From a virus (Duplodnaviria > Caudoviricetes), in the IMG/VR virus record IMGVR_UViG_3300020036_003099, positions 1 through 64,000 of that record: 64,000 nt of DNA, one strand, 5' to 3'. The translations under genes were made by a program, and so were the position numbers. Below the pieces are notes generated by a model. It ran no database searches and was not told the DNA's origin. It saw nothing but the letters and a program-made list of their open reading frames with translations. The stretch's first letter is position 1; every line of letters begins with the position of its first letter. Positions 48,326 to 56,765 of this stretch are shown here, piece after piece.

Positions 48326-48476
48326 AGATGTCTCGTCCTTGGCCTACTATTGTTTCCTCGCGGCCCACTTACCTAGACGAACATCTGCCTTTAATCCTCA
48401 CCTGTAGCTCGTGTGTAGATTGGGCTACAGGCTTTATTTAAAATTAACGCGTCACCCGTAACTTGAGTTCCAAGAT

Positions 48477-49451
48477 TTGTCAAATAAAAAGTGCATAGAT
48501 ACGTTGGTTAAGGATATTTATAACCTGTTTTCGCCAGATAACCAAGAACTTTCTCAAGAGTTACTTGATATTTTCGGTGATTCAGTCAAAGACGTGGTAA
48601 AAAAGTCGATAGAAGAGGCTAGAAATGGGTGGGCTAATGAACATGGAGGGCTCAGGCTCTCGTCAATTGGTAAGCCAGACAGACAGCTGTGGTTCGATAA
48701 CAACCCAGTATCACAAACAGGAGATACTTCTGGAGCATCGCAGGCGGTTGCAGAATGCGAACTCACTAAACCTTCAGATCTCCTTAAGTTCCTCTACGGA
48801 CACATCCTTGAGGCGTTACTCGTCTACCTTATCAGACAATCAGGGCACACCCTGGACCACGCCCAAGAAGATCTGGAGCTGTGCGGTGTTCCTGGTCACC
48901 CTGATGGGGTACTTGATGGACTTCCAGCAGATATTAAGTCAGCTTCAAACTTTGCTTTCAAAATGAAATTCGCCAATCGGGCGCTCATCAAACCTGGTCC
49001 TGAGAATGATTCTTTCGGTTACGGGTACCAATTAAAGGCTTACAGAGAAGCCCTTCTCGATAAGTACCCACACGAAGATATAGACAAAGAAAACATAGCT
49101 TGGGTTGTGTTCAACAAAGAAACTGGTGAGATCTGCCTCCTTAAAGCAGATGTCCTAGAGCTACCCCACGGCTCAGCGTCATCTCGTGTAGAGACCGTTA
49201 AAAGACTTGTGCAGCAACCTCAACCTCCTAAAGAGAAATGCTACCCTGATGTTCCTGACGGTAAATCCGGTAACAGAGTTTTAAACAAACTTTGTGGCTG
49301 GTGTAAACATAAAGATCGCTGCTGGGCTGACGCTAACGGCGGTCAAGGGTTAAGAACTTTTGAGTATTCCAGTGGGCCTAAATGGTTCACACAAGTGGTG
49401 AAGCAACCACGTGTAAATGAGTCGAGAGATTATGAGTTTGTCGAAGAGTAA
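48477..49451 (+). CDS. PD-(D/E)XK (Cas4-like) exonuclease
   Basis: LRLSSIGKP.RQLW, FLYGHILE, GHPDG, DIKSAS, GYQL..Y, CGWC.HK..CW. Confidence 0.8.
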   Translation: MSNKKCIDTLVKDIYNLFSPDNQELSQELLDIFGDSVKDVVKKSIEEARNGWANEHGGLRLSSIGKPDRQLWFDNNPVSQTGDTSGASQAVAECELTKPSDLLKFLYGHILEALLVYLIRQSGHTLDHAQEDLELCGVPGHPDGVLDGLPADIKSASNFAFKMKFANRALIKPGPENDSFGYGYQLKAYREALLDKYPHEDIDKENIAWVVFNKETGEICLLKADVLELPHGSASSRVETVKRLVQQPQPPKEKCYPDVPDGKSGNRVLNKLCGWCKHKDRCWADANGGQGLRTFEYSSGPKWFTQVVKQPRVNESRDYEFVEE

Positions 49452-49956
49452 AAAGAAGCCAGGGCGTAACAGTTTCGAACAAAAAGTTATTCAACAATTA
49501 ACTGATTACAGGGTTTCTTTTGCGTACGAACCCATAAAGATCCCTTATGTTACCGAGGCCATGTACCTACCGGATTTTATAGTTAATGGGACGATTATCG
49601 TTGAAACAAAAGGTCACTTTGATAAAGATGATCGTCGGAAAATGCGGGATGTCAAAAGATGCAATCCGAAATTGGATATCCGTTTGGTTTTCCAAAAAGA
49701 CAATAAAATAAGTAAAGCAAAAAGAAGTAAAACGTATTCCCAGTGGGCCGCACATCACGGATTCTTATGGGCTATAGGAGAAATACCGGATGAATGGATT
49801 GTGGAGTTCAATAACGCACCTGCTAAAGCTGCGAAGCTACGTCGTAATGGTTCACGAGATGGCGTTTTCCAACCAGGTAAGGTTCGTAGAGTTGCAGGAC
49901 CAGGTAAAAAGCTTGGAAGACCGTTTAAAAATAAAGACCAGGGACCTGGAGTTTGA
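49417..49956 (+). CDS. T7 endonuclease I-like resolvase
   Basis: RNSFEQKV, YEP.KIPY, YLPDF, IVETKG, DRRKM, LDIRLVFQ, YSQWA..HGF.WA. Confidence 0.88.
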   Translation: MSREIMSLSKSKKKPGRNSFEQKVIQQLTDYRVSFAYEPIKIPYVTEAMYLPDFIVNGTIIVETKGHFDKDDRRKMRDVKRCNPKLDIRLVFQKDNKISKAKRSKTYSQWAAHHGFLWAIGEIPDEWIVEFNNAPAKAAKLRRNGSRDGVFQPGKVRRVAGPGKKLGRPFKNKDQGPGV

Positions 49957-49994
49957 CTGTAGCCAGTTGAAGTTAAAGTTGGAAAAACTAGAGA

Positions 49995-51125
49995 ATGAAA
50001 GAAAATAAAAGAACTATTCTAATCACAGGCGGTGCGGGATTTGTGGGCCATCACGTTGTGGAGCACTTTATGAAGAACACGCTCGATGACATTTTAATTG
50101 TTGATTCTTTGAACTATTCCGGTACCTTGGATCGCCTAAGGGATATCCGTATGCCCGATGGTCTACCTATTTACCCGTATAATGACCGTATCAAAGTTTT
50201 CACTTACGACTTTACAAATCCTTGTGAGCCTAACCTGATAAAAGAGTTTAAAGATGTCACTCATATCCTTCACCTTGGGGCTGAAAGTCACGTGGATGGA
50301 AGTATCGAAGACCCAATGCGATTCGTTCGTTCAAATGTTGTCGGTACCGTTAACATGCTTCAGTTGGCCCGCAAACTCGACAATCTTGAGCTTTTCGTCT
50401 ACTTCTCGACTGACGAGGTATTTGGACCCGCCCCTTTAGATTACTACGAAGATAACTTTGACATTTCACGCGGCACAGAGCGCGTAAAGATTTCTTTTAA
50501 AGGTTACAAAGAAGACGATGTACACAACCCTAAGAACCCCTACGCGGCTACCAAGTCAGCTGGCGAACAGATGGTCATCGCGTTCGCTAACACTTACGGT
50601 ATCCCGTGTATTATCACAAGGACCATGAATGTATTTGGCGAACGACAACACCCCGAGAAGTTTATCCCTAAGGTCATCAAAGCGGTCCTTGAGGGTTCTA
50701 CCGTTCCCATCCATGGAACGCCAGATAAGAAACAAGCTGGACTTCGCCATTATATACACGGACGTAATGTAGGTAGTGCACTCCTATTCCTCCTTAATAA
50801 ACGACCTTATCTTGCGAAATCGTTTAGAGAAGTATGTGCGTATCACATCGTGGGGGAGATAGAGTTAAATAACATGGAACTGTCCTGTGACATTAACGAA
50901 ATAATCGAAACTTTTGATATTCGTAACGATACAAATTATATGAACAACGAGTATAAATCCGAAATGGTTGACTTTCACAGCTCTCGCCCTGGTCACGATT
51001 TAAGATACGCCTTGGACGGATCTAAAATGAAGGGCCTTGGTTGGGAGCCGCCTAAGACTTTTTATCAATCCCTTACGAAAACTGTAGAATGGTATTTGGA
51101 GAACCCTAGATGGCTGACACAATAA
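49995..51125 (+). CDS. rmlB: dTDP-glucose 4,6-dehydratase family (NAD-dependent SDR)
   Basis: TGGAGFVG, HLGAESHVD, NVVGT, STDEVFG, YAATK, QHPEKFIP, RPGHDLRYA. Confidence 0.9.
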   Translation: MKENKRTILITGGAGFVGHHVVEHFMKNTLDDILIVDSLNYSGTLDRLRDIRMPDGLPIYPYNDRIKVFTYDFTNPCEPNLIKEFKDVTHILHLGAESHVDGSIEDPMRFVRSNVVGTVNMLQLARKLDNLELFVYFSTDEVFGPAPLDYYEDNFDISRGTERVKISFKGYKEDDVHNPKNPYAATKSAGEQMVIAFANTYGIPCIITRTMNVFGERQHPEKFIPKVIKAVLEGSTVPIHGTPDKKQAGLRHYIHGRNVGSALLFLLNKRPYLAKSFREVCAYHIVGEIELNNMELSCDINEIIETFDIRNDTNYMNNEYKSEMVDFHSSRPGHDLRYALDGSKMKGLGWEPPKTFYQSLTKTVEWYLENPRWLTQ

Positions 51126-51239
51126 AAGATCTAATCATTGAAAAAGGTATCGAACATATTTTAGCGGCACATTACGAAAACGGCTTGTACGAAGCGCAAC
51201 TAAAAGAAGTGCTATTGAAGGAAATTCAAAAAGGATCTG

Positions 51240-51503
51240 ATGCACATAACAATTGACATAAGTCAAAATCCTTGGGACAATAGACAGGTCTTTCTCACAG
51301 TGAGTGAAGACACACGTCTAGCCCTTAAGGATCTCTACGGGATAACCCTGGAAGACCTCATTCACAGTTCCATAACCAAAGAGCTGGGCTATCTGTACGA
51401 AGTCTATTTACGTGGCCAAGAAGAGGCGCTTAGGGACCCCCCTGAGCCGACACATAGCCAGGAACGGTTTATTCACCCGAATACCGATACCCCTGGAACT
51501 TAA
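51240..51503 (+). CDS. Hypothetical protein
   Basis: AAGGA RBS. Confidence 0.5.
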   Translation: MHITIDISQNPWDNRQVFLTVSEDTRLALKDLYGITLEDLIHSSITKELGYLYEVYLRGQEEALRDPPEPTHSQERFIHPNTDTPGT

Positions 51504-51747
51504 AAGCTTAGAGCCTGAGATAATGCTCGGGAGACATGTTATAGACAGAGCTGTACTGGATACCCCTAGGGACCCTGAGGCGCTATCATGGTTTAGCTTA
51601 GAAGACGAAGATTTTTTAACCTTATGCGAAATATCTTACCTGAATCCAGAGGAAGTCATTGAAAAACAAAAAGAAGTTACCCTTAAGCTTATCCGGGGAG
51701 CTACCCTAGGAACTCTTGTAGAGACCCTTGAACCTCCTTTAAACTAA
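51412..51747 (+). CDS. Hypothetical protein (start uncertain)
   Basis: LGRHVIDRAVLD...WF...DF..LC motif. Confidence 0.5.
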   Translation: MAKKRRLGTPLSRHIARNGLFTRIPIPLELKSLEPEIMLGRHVIDRAVLDTPRDPEALSWFSLEDEDFLTLCEISYLNPEEVIEKQKEVTLKLIRGATLGTLVETLEPPLN

Positions 51748-51804
51748 GTCTCTCACACATCGCTCACTAGCTTTGTGAAACCCCATCTCCCCTCCTAAAG
51801 GCAA

Positions 51805-51842
51805 ACCCCAACAGACATTCGCTCTTGTTGGGGTCCCTTTTT
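51805..51842 (+). terminator. Rho-independent terminator with CATTCGCTC loop
   Basis: ACCCCAACA/TGTTGGGGT stem followed by CCCTTTTT. Confidence 0.6.
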
Positions 51843-51867
51843 CTCGACCTGTACGCAGCTAATACCA

Positions 51868-53688
51868 ATGAAACAACTTTCTCTCTTTCCCGACCTTCTT
51901 TACCAACCCTTTCAAGCCGACTATACCGGTTTCTCTCAATTCAACGGTGAGCCCCGTAGAATCCTCATAAACTTCGAAAGAGATAAGCTTTTAAGCGAAG
52001 CCGGTATCGCAACTATGAAGGACCGTTATTTGGTCCCTGGAGAGGAATACCCTCAGGAAGCCTTTGCAAGAGCCGCTTGCGCCTTTTCCAGCAGCAACGC
52101 TCATGCACAGCGCCTGTATGACTACGTATCCAAATGCTGGTTTATGTTCGCGACTCCCTTGCTTTCCAACGGGGGAACCGACAGGGGCTTACCTATCAGC
52201 TGCTTTTTGAACCAAACAGATGACTCTATCGTAGGGCTGGGTAACCATTACGCCGAGAACCTGCTTCTAAGCACCTCTGGAGGCGGTATAGGCACTGACT
52301 GGAGCCTTGTACGCTCGGTTAACACAGCGACCTCAAAGGGCAATAAAACGACTGGTATCGTTCCTTTTATCAAAACAGCGGACAGTTTGATCCAAGCCTC
52401 CTGGCAAGGGTCTACCCGCAGGGGTGCCTTGGCGGTAAACCTTCGTATTGACCACCCAGAGATCGAGGAGTTCATTGAAATCAGGAAGCCTACAGGGGAT
52501 GCCAACAGACGCTCCCTCAACGTAAACAACGCTGTGGCCGTTACAGATGTCTTTATGGAGGCTGTGGAGAAGGGTGAGAGATGGGACCTTATAGACCCCC
52601 ACACGAAGCTTAAAGTCAAGGACGTGGACGCCAGAGACCTGTGGATGAAGATCCTGGCTACGCGGGTGGCCACAGGGGAGCCTTACATCTTCTTTATCGA
52701 CGCTGCAAACAGAGCTTTAAACCCTTCTTTAAAAGTCAAGGGTCACCTAATCAACACAACCAATCTTTGCACCGAGATTATGTTACCTACAAATCCAGAC
52801 CGTACAGCTGTTTGTTGTTTATCTTCTGTGAACCTTGAGTATTACGATGACTGGAAAGACCACCCTTACTTCATTCACGACCTGATGGAGATGCTGGATA
52901 ACGCTTTGGAGGTTTTCATTAAGAAAGCCCCTGAGGGTATGTGGAGAGCCGTGGAGAGCGCCCGTAACGAGAGATCTGTGGGTTTAGGAGCCATGGGCTT
53001 CCATTTGTACCTGCAGAAAAAAGGCATACCTTTCGAGAGTGGTTTAGCGTCTTCCCGTAACAGGGTTATCTTCTTTGATTTGCAAAGTAAATGTATCTCC
53101 GCAAATATAACCCTAGGAGACCTTAGGGGTAACGCTCCAGATATCGAAGGAACAGGCATGCGCTTTAGCCACATGAACGCTCTAGCACCTAACGCCTCTT
53201 CGTCGGTTATCTGCGCCAACACATCTCCTTCGATTGAACCCTACGCAGCCAACGCGTATACCCTAAAGACATCCTCAGGGGTTTTTCTAATCAAGAACAA
53301 AGCTTTTGATAAGCTGCTAAAAGAAAAATACAAAAAGTCGGAAAAAGAAGTTGACGAAATTTGGAACTCTGTTATTGTCAACGAAGGCTCAGTCCAGCAC
53401 TTGGATTTTCTTGAACCTGCAGACAAAGACGTATTTAAAACAGCTAGAGAGATAGACCAACACTGGATTATTGATCACGCTGCATCCAGGCAACCGTATA
53501 TCGACCAGGGACAGTCAGTAAACTTATTCTTGTCCCCAACCATCTCCAAATCTGATCTGAGAGCTTTACACAAAGCTGCTTGGACTAAAGGTTTAAAGTC
53601 CCTTTACTACGTACGTTCGTCCTCGTCCCTAAAAACGGAAACGATCAGTCGCGTTAAAGAAGGTGGTTGCTTATCCTGCGAGGGTTAA
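51868..53688 (+). CDS. nrdA: Ribonucleotide reductase class I alpha subunit (no ATP cone evident)
   Basis: ATPLLSNGG, PISCF, GGGIG, STRRGA, TNLCTEI, CCLSSVNL, APNASSS, QGQSVNL, KSLYY, CLSCEG. Confidence 0.95.
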   Translation: MKQLSLFPDLLYQPFQADYTGFSQFNGEPRRILINFERDKLLSEAGIATMKDRYLVPGEEYPQEAFARAACAFSSSNAHAQRLYDYVSKCWFMFATPLLSNGGTDRGLPISCFLNQTDDSIVGLGNHYAENLLLSTSGGGIGTDWSLVRSVNTATSKGNKTTGIVPFIKTADSLIQASWQGSTRRGALAVNLRIDHPEIEEFIEIRKPTGDANRRSLNVNNAVAVTDVFMEAVEKGERWDLIDPHTKLKVKDVDARDLWMKILATRVATGEPYIFFIDAANRALNPSLKVKGHLINTTNLCTEIMLPTNPDRTAVCCLSSVNLEYYDDWKDHPYFIHDLMEMLDNALEVFIKKAPEGMWRAVESARNERSVGLGAMGFHLYLQKKGIPFESGLASSRNRVIFFDLQSKCISANITLGDLRGNAPDIEGTGMRFSHMNALAPNASSSVICANTSPSIEPYAANAYTLKTSSGVFLIKNKAFDKLLKEKYKKSEKEVDEIWNSVIVNEGSVQHLDFLEPADKDVFKTAREIDQHWIIDHAASRQPYIDQGQSVNLFLSPTISKSDLRALHKAAWTKGLKSLYYVRSSSSLKTETISRVKEGGCLSCEG

Positions 53689-53808
53689 TGTCTCCAATCG
53701 TAATCACGCTTCTAATCTTGCTGGCGCTAGCCATCTTAATCGCTTTAACTATTGTAACCAAGGGGGCCATCTGGTCTTGCCTTGCTGATATCCTAGGGTG
53801 TTTCTTCA

Positions 53809-54189
53809 GTGACTAAACCTTTCAACCTACAGCATGAAGCTTGCGGTAACTTTGTTTACGTAGAGAGAACTTACTGCTCTGTCCTGCACGGGATGCGTGA
53901 AATCATCGCCACTTCTTTTTCAGACAAAGCTTTGGCGCAAGATAGACTAGGTCACTATGAAGTTCCTGTTAATGTTCCTCTTATCCTCTCTTCTTTAATC
54001 GAAGAGTTGCAGGTTTATGGGTCCCGTATGGAAGCCCATTTAAGCGACCAAAGATCTTTTGAGCAAATGAAGAAAGAAGCTAAAGAACTGAAAGAAGAAA
54101 TTGAGAAGCTGAAGAAAGAGAAATCAGAAATAACAGGAGAGCCTGAAAGCAAAAGAAGAGGGGGAATATCCGAAGCATGTCTTTATTAG
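53809..54189 (+). CDS. Hypothetical coiled-coil protein
   Basis: ORF between nrdA and nrdB. Confidence 0.5.
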   Translation: MTKPFNLQHEACGNFVYVERTYCSVLHGMREIIATSFSDKALAQDRLGHYEVPVNVPLILSSLIEELQVYGSRMEAHLSDQRSFEQMKKEAKELKEEIEKLKKEKSEITGEPESKRRGGISEACLY

Positions 54190-55154
54190 AACAAAGATCT
54201 TACTACAAACCCTTTAGTTATCCTTGGGCCTACGACCTGTACAAAAAACACGAAGCCGCTCACTGGTTAGCTGCTGAAGTAGAAATGAGGGAAGATATTA
54301 ATGACTGGAACCACAAGCTGAGTCCAGGTGAAAGACATCTCCTTACCCAACTCTTTCGTTTCTTCACTCAAGCTGACGTAGACGTTGCTGGTGGCTACAG
54401 GAAACTCTTTGGGCCTACCTTAGGGGGACACCCCGAAGTTGCCATGATGATGTCCTCATTCGGTAACAGAGAGACCGTCCATATAGACGCTTACTCTTTG
54501 CTTATTGAAACGGTAGGGATGCCTGAGGATACGTACCAGGCTTTTACGCTCTTTAAAGAGATGCGAGACAAGCATGAATACGCACACACATTTAACTGCA
54601 ACACCGTTTACAACACCTTAAAGAGCTTGGCTGTTTACGCTGCTTTTACAGAAGGTATGCAGTTGTTCGCTTCCTTCGCTATCCTGATGAACTTTGAAAG
54701 GTTCAACAAGATGAAAGGGATGTGTAACATCGTTCGTTGGTCCATCAAAGATGAATCGATGCACGTAGAAGGCATGACAAAGCTTTTCCAGGAACTCTTA
54801 AGGGAACACCCTGAGATCTCCACGTATGACCTGAAGGAAGACATAAGGGAAATAGCTTTTAAAATGATTGAGATGGAAGATGTCTTTATCGACCTTTGTT
54901 TCAAATACGGCGAGCCTGTTGGTTTAACAGCAGATCAAGTTAAAAAGTACATTCGCTTTATTGCCCAAAAACGCTGGAATCAATTGGGTTTCACTGACAT
55001 GTTAGGATATTACAAGTATAAATCTGAAGGTAACCCCCTTCCTTGGCTTGACTGGGTAGTGAACGGAACCGAACACACAAGTTTCTTTGAGGCTAGACCT
55101 ACTGATTATTCTAAGGGGTCCCTAACGGATGACGGAGAAGATTCAGGATGGTAG
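54177..55154 (+). CDS. nrdB: Ribonucleotide reductase class I beta subunit
   Basis: YKPFSYPWA, FFTQAD, RETVHIDAY, TEGMQLFASF, DESMH, NPLPW, FFEAR. Confidence 0.95.
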   Translation: MSLLEQRSYYKPFSYPWAYDLYKKHEAAHWLAAEVEMREDINDWNHKLSPGERHLLTQLFRFFTQADVDVAGGYRKLFGPTLGGHPEVAMMMSSFGNRETVHIDAYSLLIETVGMPEDTYQAFTLFKEMRDKHEYAHTFNCNTVYNTLKSLAVYAAFTEGMQLFASFAILMNFERFNKMKGMCNIVRWSIKDESMHVEGMTKLFQELLREHPEISTYDLKEDIREIAFKMIEMEDVFIDLCFKYGEPVGLTADQVKKYIRFIAQKRWNQLGFTDMLGYYKYKSEGNPLPWLDWVVNGTEHTSFFEARPTDYSKGSLTDDGEDSGW

Positions 55155-55326
55155 ACGAATTTGAAAAACTCGTTTCTATGTCTAAGAAATGGTGTGAAGA
55201 TCACCTGTACAGTTATAGAGGAATAGTTAATCACGCGCTTACAGGAACGTCTTGTTGGTACGTGAATGAGCACGGAGAAGAGCGGTACACAAACATTGCG
55301 TTTGGTGTTCGTGTGGGTAAGAAATA

Positions 55327-55698
55327 ATGGTAGGACCTCACTGTGATAAGTGCCAGAAACGATACTGGGACTGTAAATGCGAAAAGAAAAATATGATGGA
55401 CGACGAATACCCTGTAGACAGACATTTCTACCAGCAAGCTTTAGAGCTTGAAGCGGCTATGAAGGCAGAGACCCCTGACTATATAAATAAACCCCCGCAC
55501 TACACGAACGAAGATGGCTTTCCGCAGGTCATAGACATTCTTGAAAGGTGGTTTCCCAAAGAGCCTCTTCTTTGGCAAGTGGGGAAGTATATAGCCAGAT
55601 GGGATCGTAAAGATACAGCTCTTGAAAATTTGAAAAAAGCCAGGTACTATTTAAACCGTAAAATTAAACAACTGGACCCTAAGGACACTGGACAATGA
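55327..55698 (+). CDS. DUF3310 (SaV-like) domain protein
   Basis: DYINKPPHY, QVGKYIARWDRK...ENLKKARYYL. Confidence 0.75.
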   Translation: MVGPHCDKCQKRYWDCKCEKKNMMDDEYPVDRHFYQQALELEAAMKAETPDYINKPPHYTNEDGFPQVIDILERWFPKEPLLWQVGKYIARWDRKDTALENLKKARYYLNRKIKQLDPKDTGQ

Positions 55699-56093
55699 CT
55701 TTAAACGTACGCAACAGAATGGCTGTGACCACAAACCCTTTTCAAGGTGACTACAAGAAAGTCCTGTGTGTTTGCTCTGCAGGTCTTCTCAGGTCGCCTA
55801 CAGCAGCCTTTGTTCTTTCCAATCCCCCTTTTAATTTCAACACAAGATCTGTAGGAATAACCACAGAGTTTGCTCTCATACCCCTAGATGAAGCCTTGCT
55901 TTTCTGGAGTCAAGAGATTGTTTGTATGGAGAATTGGCAAAAAGAAAGAATTGAGACCCTGTTAAGAGAAGCAAATTTAAAGCGTCCCGTTATCAACTTA
56001 AGTATCGATGATCGTCACAGTTACAGAGATCCTGAGCTGATGCGCTTGGTTCGAGAACAATACGTACTATTAAAAGGCTTACCCAATGAATAA
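55695..56093 (+). CDS. Low-molecular-weight protein tyrosine phosphatase-like protein
   Basis: VLCVCSAGLLRSPTA CX5R P-loop; I.D...Y.DP. Confidence 0.8.
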   Translation: MTLNVRNRMAVTTNPFQGDYKKVLCVCSAGLLRSPTAAFVLSNPPFNFNTRSVGITTEFALIPLDEALLFWSQEIVCMENWQKERIETLLREANLKRPVINLSIDDRHSYRDPELMRLVREQYVLLKGLPNE

Positions 56094-56325
56094 AAACAAT
56101 TTAAACGCAGAAGAAAAAGAACTCCTAACGACACCCATTAGGGTTCTCCTGTCACAAGAAACAGATAACGGAGAAAGAGATCTATCTTTCTTTCACAGAG
56201 CCCTACGTATTTGGGACCGTCTAGCACAAGCCAATTGGGATACCCCTAGGGCTCCCCGTGAAGATTGGCTTTATGAAAGAAATGGGGATGAAACAGGTTC
56301 GACCACAGCACCATCTAAGCTGTGA
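56086..56325 (+). CDS. Hypothetical protein; 3' end overlaps the tmRNA tRNA-like domain
   Basis: Coupled ORF. Confidence 0.5.
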   Translation: MNKNNLNAEEKELLTTPIRVLLSQETDNGERDLSFFHRALRIWDRLAQANWDTPRAPREDWLYERNGDETGSTTAPSKL

Positions 56326-56356
56326 CACCACGGGGCAGTGCCGTGCATCTCCACCA
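56284..56356 (+). ncRNA. ssrA: tmRNA tRNA-like domain only (73 nt, alanyl identity)
   Basis: GGGGATG/CATCTCC acceptor with G3-U70, A73, CCA; stemless D-loop AAACAGGTTCGAC; CACAGC/GCTGTG helix closed by 9-nt loop; T-arm CACGG-GGCAGTG-CCGTG. Confidence 0.88.
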
Positions 56357-56366
56357 AACTTTATAG

Positions 56367-56382
56367 TTAATAAAAGGTTAAC
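56367..56382. promoter_or_regulatory. CtrA-type box TTAA-N7-TTAAC
   Basis: TTAA TAAAAGG TTAAC, 11 nt upstream of a -35 box. Confidence 0.4.
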
Positions 56383-56393
56383 AAAAAATACTG

Positions 56394-56423
56394 TTGACAA
56401 ACCCTCTGAGAATCCTGTAGGGT
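56394..56423 (+). promoter_or_regulatory. sigma70-like promoter for tag RNA and tRNA cluster
   Basis: TTGACA-18 nt-(TG)TAGGGT. Confidence 0.6.
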
Positions 56424-56429
56424 ACTCTT

Positions 56430-56549
56430 AGAAGCAAACGATAACTCTTTTACTGAAGTTCGCCTTGCGGCCTAATTCAGTTACCTAATCTTCCTCACAC
56501 GAAGTATCTACCGAGAAAGCCCTCTTAATCCCCACTAGAGGGCTTTCTC
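56430..56549 (+). ncRNA. tmRNA mRNA-like domain: tag frame ANDNSFTEVRLAA* (56434-56475) plus hairpins
   Basis: GCA AAC GAT AAC TCT TTT ACT GAA GTT CGC CTT GCG GCC TAA; no in-frame start after upstream TGA at 56407; stop enclosed by ACTGAA/TTCAGT helix; 13-bp hairpin 56513-56549. Confidence 0.8.
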
Positions 56550-56564
56550 ACCCCTTTCATACAT

Positions 56565-56644
56565 AGCAGGGTAGCTTAGTCCGGTCTAAAGCACAGCGTT
56601 CATACCGCTGATAACGTGGGTTCAAATCCCACCCGCTGCAACCA
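56565..56644 (+). tRNA. tRNA with CAT anticodon (Met/fMet/Ile2 identity unresolved)
   Basis: Anticodon arm CAGCG-TTCATAC-CGCTG, T-arm GTGGG-TTCAAAT-CCCAC, encoded CCA; 1:72 mismatch and a bulge in the acceptor stem. Confidence 0.85.
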
Positions 56645-56659
56645 ATCAATACATGTATA

Positions 56660-56735
56660 GACCAGGTGGCAGAATGACGATGCGCTAGATTGCAGATCTG
56701 GTTTAACGCGGGTTTGATTCCCGTCCTGGTCTCCA
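56660..56735 (+). tRNA. tRNA-Cys(GCA)
   Basis: GACCAGG/CCTGGTC acceptor, U73, CCA; loop TTGCAGA. Confidence 0.9.
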
Positions 56736-56765
56736 TGTATACAAAGTAAAAACAAATAAACATAG

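Noticed and set aside
56284-56549. Standard alphaproteobacterial permuted two-piece tmRNA
   Set aside because: Both acceptor strands lie in one 73-nt piece and no GGGG acceptor strand precedes the tag frame, so the order does not fit the permuted form
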